Shown here piece by piece: positions 35,211 through 37,095 of a stretch of 37,095 nucleotides of DNA. The translations under genes were made by a program, and so were the position numbers. Numbering within the stretch: position 1 is the first letter of the stretch; each line of letters opens with the position of its first letter. The notes under the pieces are model-generated. The model was not told where the DNA came from. It ran no database searches and saw only the letters and a list, made by a program, of their open reading frames with translations. This DNA comes from a virus (taxonomy: Duplodnaviria; Caudoviricetes), in the IMG/VR virus record IMGVR_UViG_3300049139_000387, positions 1 through 37,095 of that record, one strand, 5' to 3'.

Positions 35211-35980
35211 TGCTGTTCCTTCACCATCGGCCCAGGGCAAGCCACGGACAGATCGGTCGCGTCAGGTCGGTAGAAGTCGCACCACGGGCACAACCGGCTT
35301 GGCGTCGCCGTGGCTTCGGCCGGTGGCGTCTGCGCCAGGACGTCAGCGCGAGCCAACGCACCCTCGGCGACGGCTGGGGTCACCTCAGCCGCCCACACGT
35401 GAAGGTCGGACAGATGTCCGTCCACGGGCAGGTACACCAGAGCCGCACGAGCGGGGTCCTCTCCCGCCTCGGCAAGTCCGGCCGCGTACACCTGCGTCTG
35501 GATGACGTGGTTGGCGGGTGGTCCGTGCTGGCGTATGCTGCGCAACTTGCTGAGCTTGAGCGTCTTCCAGTCGATGACGAGCCTGCGGCGTCGGTCGTAC
35601 AGGTCGCACGTGCCGGACACGCCCTGGTAGGCGACGGCGTGCTCGACCAGGTAGCGCCCCGTGCCCGCGTCCAGCGCCTGGAACAGCTCTGCGAGCCACG
35701 CGTGAACGGCCTTGCCAACGATCGCCGCCCACGGGTCGGCGTTGACGTTGCTCGGCGCGGTCCCAGCGATGGTGTGAGCAAGCTGTCGATCGCACGCGGT
35801 GCCCAGGCTGGAAGGTCCGGCCGCGCGCTGCAACGATCTCGGAGAGCGCGCTGCGTACGACCAGATCAGCTCTTCCAGCCACTCACCAACGCCGGGAGTG
35901 GGCTCTCCGGTTGCCAGAGCAGCGAGCCCTTCGGGCACGGTGGTGATCTGGGAGGGAGTGGTGAACGGGTCCTCAGTCAT
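35207..35980 (-). CDS. PD-(D/E)xK Cas4/RecB-like exonuclease
   Basis: GPS.LG..C.R, G.AVH, GT.DLYD, IDWKT, Q.Q.Y, C.WC.F...C. Confidence 0.88.
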   Translation of the reverse strand: MTEDPFTTPSQITTVPEGLAALATGEPTPGVGEWLEELIWSYAARSPRSLQRAAGPSSLGTACDRQLAHTIAGTAPSNVNADPWAAIVGKAVHAWLAELFQALDAGTGRYLVEHAVAYQGVSGTCDLYDRRRRLVIDWKTLKLSKLRSIRQHGPPANHVIQTQVYAAGLAEAGEDPARAALVYLPVDGHLSDLHVWAAEVTPAVAEGALARADVLAQTPPAEATATPSRLCPWCDFYRPDATDLSVACPGPMVKEQQ

Positions 35981-36350
35981 CGGGAGGGACCTCCGCACCC
36001 AGGTAGTCCAGCAAAAGGTCGGTGAACGTTCCGCCGTCGAGCACGACGTACCAGCGGTCCGGGTTGGAGGTGCCGCGTCGCTTGATCCACGCCGCGTACA
36101 CCTCGGCGTCGGCGTGTGTGGCCTGGACACGAGCGGAGTCCAACGCTCCGGCTAGGTCGATGCGCTTGGTGTTCTTGACCTGGATGGCCACCTTGGGCAG
36201 TCCACGGATGTCCCCCATGTCTGCGCCGCCCTTGAGCGGATGGCGGTCGATCTGTGCGGCGATCTCCGGAAGCCATGGGGACAACCGGTCGCGCAGGTAG
36301 TTCACGACGGCGGTCTCCGCTCGGGTGCCCTTGTCGCGAGCGGCGCTCAT
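35973..36350 (-). CDS. Holliday junction resolvase (actinophage PD-(D/E)xK type)
   Basis: KG..AE..VV.YL, R....G..D.GDI.G, IQVKN. Confidence 0.82.
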   Translation of the reverse strand: MSAARDKGTRAETAVVNYLRDRLSPWLPEIAAQIDRHPLKGGADMGDIRGLPKVAIQVKNTKRIDLAGALDSARVQATHADAEVYAAWIKRRGTSNPDRWYVVLDGGTFTDLLLDYLGAEVPPDD

Positions 36351-36679
36351 GGAGCCTCCTCTCCGAGTTCGACCGTGAAGCGCGTGCGCAGGTGCGTCTC
36401 AGTGACCGTGGCCGCGACATCAGGCCAGGAGTCGCGCAACTCGGTGAGGTTGACGCGCTCCTCGGTGTAGGCCGTGATCCGCGCGACGGGGCGCCCTCGG
36501 TACGTGGCGGTACGGGCTCCGGGCTCAGCGAGGTCGCCCAGGACCTCGCGCACTCGCTGCTCGGCTTCCTGGTAGCGGGTCTTCGCGGCGGCGAGTGCCG
36601 CCCTCGCCACGCCCAGCTCAGCGACCAGATCCATGCCTGCCGGATGTGCCTCCAATGGCACGGTGGCGGGGCTCACCAC
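36347..36679 (-). CDS. Hypothetical protein (coiled coil)
   Basis: Helical N-half, RVN...LR...PDV; coupled to the resolvase gene. Confidence 0.7.
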   Translation of the reverse strand: MVSPATVPLEAHPAGMDLVAELGVARAALAAAKTRYQEAEQRVREVLGDLAEPGARTATYRGRPVARITAYTEERVNLTELRDSWPDVAATVTETHLRTRFTVELGEEAP

Positions 36680-37095
36680 ATCACCGTCTGCACGCCGAAC
36701 GGCCTACCGGCGAGGTGCGCGAGGATCATGGCGGACGCAGCGAGCTTCTGGTCTTTGCGCGCCTGGTTGATGAGGGCGTGGAAGGCGGCCTGGTTGCTGT
36801 TCAGGCGCGCCTCGATCATGCCCAGTGACCACATCAGCTCATAGGGCATCTCGTCAGCCCCGATCATGTTTCCGTCGGCGTCGGCGGCCAGTGCCGTGAC
36901 CGAAGTGCAGCAGACCCCCTCCGGCTTGGGGACGGGCTTGGTGACCTCGTCCGTCAGCTTCTCCAGGGCGAGAACCAGCCCCTCATCGCCGTCGAGGAGG
37001 TGGATCATCAGCATCGCGGCCTGGACTGCGGCAGAGTTTTGGTCGCGTGCTGCGGACAGCAGGGTCTCGGCGTACAGGTCGTTTCCGAGGGGCAT
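36673..37095 (-). CDS. Hypothetical protein, start at the window edge
   Basis: 140-codon ORF with high GC3; may extend beyond the window. Confidence 0.6.
   Translation of the reverse strand: MPLGNDLYAETLLSAARDQNSAAVQAAMLMIHLLDGDEGLVLALEKLTDEVTKPVPKPEGVCCTSVTALAADADGNMIGADEMPYELMWSLGMIEARLNSNQAAFHALINQARKDQKLAASAMILAHLAGRPFGVQTVMW

Larger units (their letters stand above)
127..37095 (-). mobile_element. Siphovirus-like prophage, continuing beyond the right edge
   Basis: Colinear lysis-tail-head-terminase-HNH-replication modules; left boundary where ABC gene similarity breaks and GC content drops. Confidence 0.95.

Noticed and set aside
35207-35980. Cas4-like nuclease as a sign of CRISPR
   Set aside because: No repeat-spacer array or other cas genes seen; it lies in the phage recombination operon
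1-37095. tRNA, rRNA, IS elements, reverse transcriptase (DGR/retron)
   Set aside because: None recognised by eye; tRNAscan and Rfam searches were not run

Overview
GC-rich actinobacterial window, almost entirely one siphovirus-type prophage read mainly on the - strand. The host is probably a filamentous actinomycete, inferred from DUF397, XRE and BldC-like genes. The left edge is a host ABC-transporter ATPase gene cut at its Walker A motif, the probable att junction (~nt 124-130). From right to left the window holds: recombination/replication genes (Holliday resolvase, Cas4-like exonuclease, two ParB-like proteins, SSB-like protein, Prim-Pol, AAA helicase, palindromic ori candidate); a ~5.3 kb accessory island (RHH, DUF397, XRE-DUF5753, HATPase, BldC-like HTH, then radical SAM/SPASM enzyme + 40-aa Cys precursor + GNAT, an apparent RiPP cluster); HNH; an opposite-strand operon (histone-like protein, DUF2958) with its own promoter and operator; a candidate cos region; a ParB / P-loop kinase / TET-JBP dioxygenase DNA-modification module coupled to terS; an AT-rich moron between terS and terL; complete head, tail (with -1 frameshift chaperone) and lysis modules. 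Integrase and repressor are not in the window. All family assignments come from motif recognition by eye, with no database search. Many starts were moved from the ORF track to RBS-supported or coupled codons.
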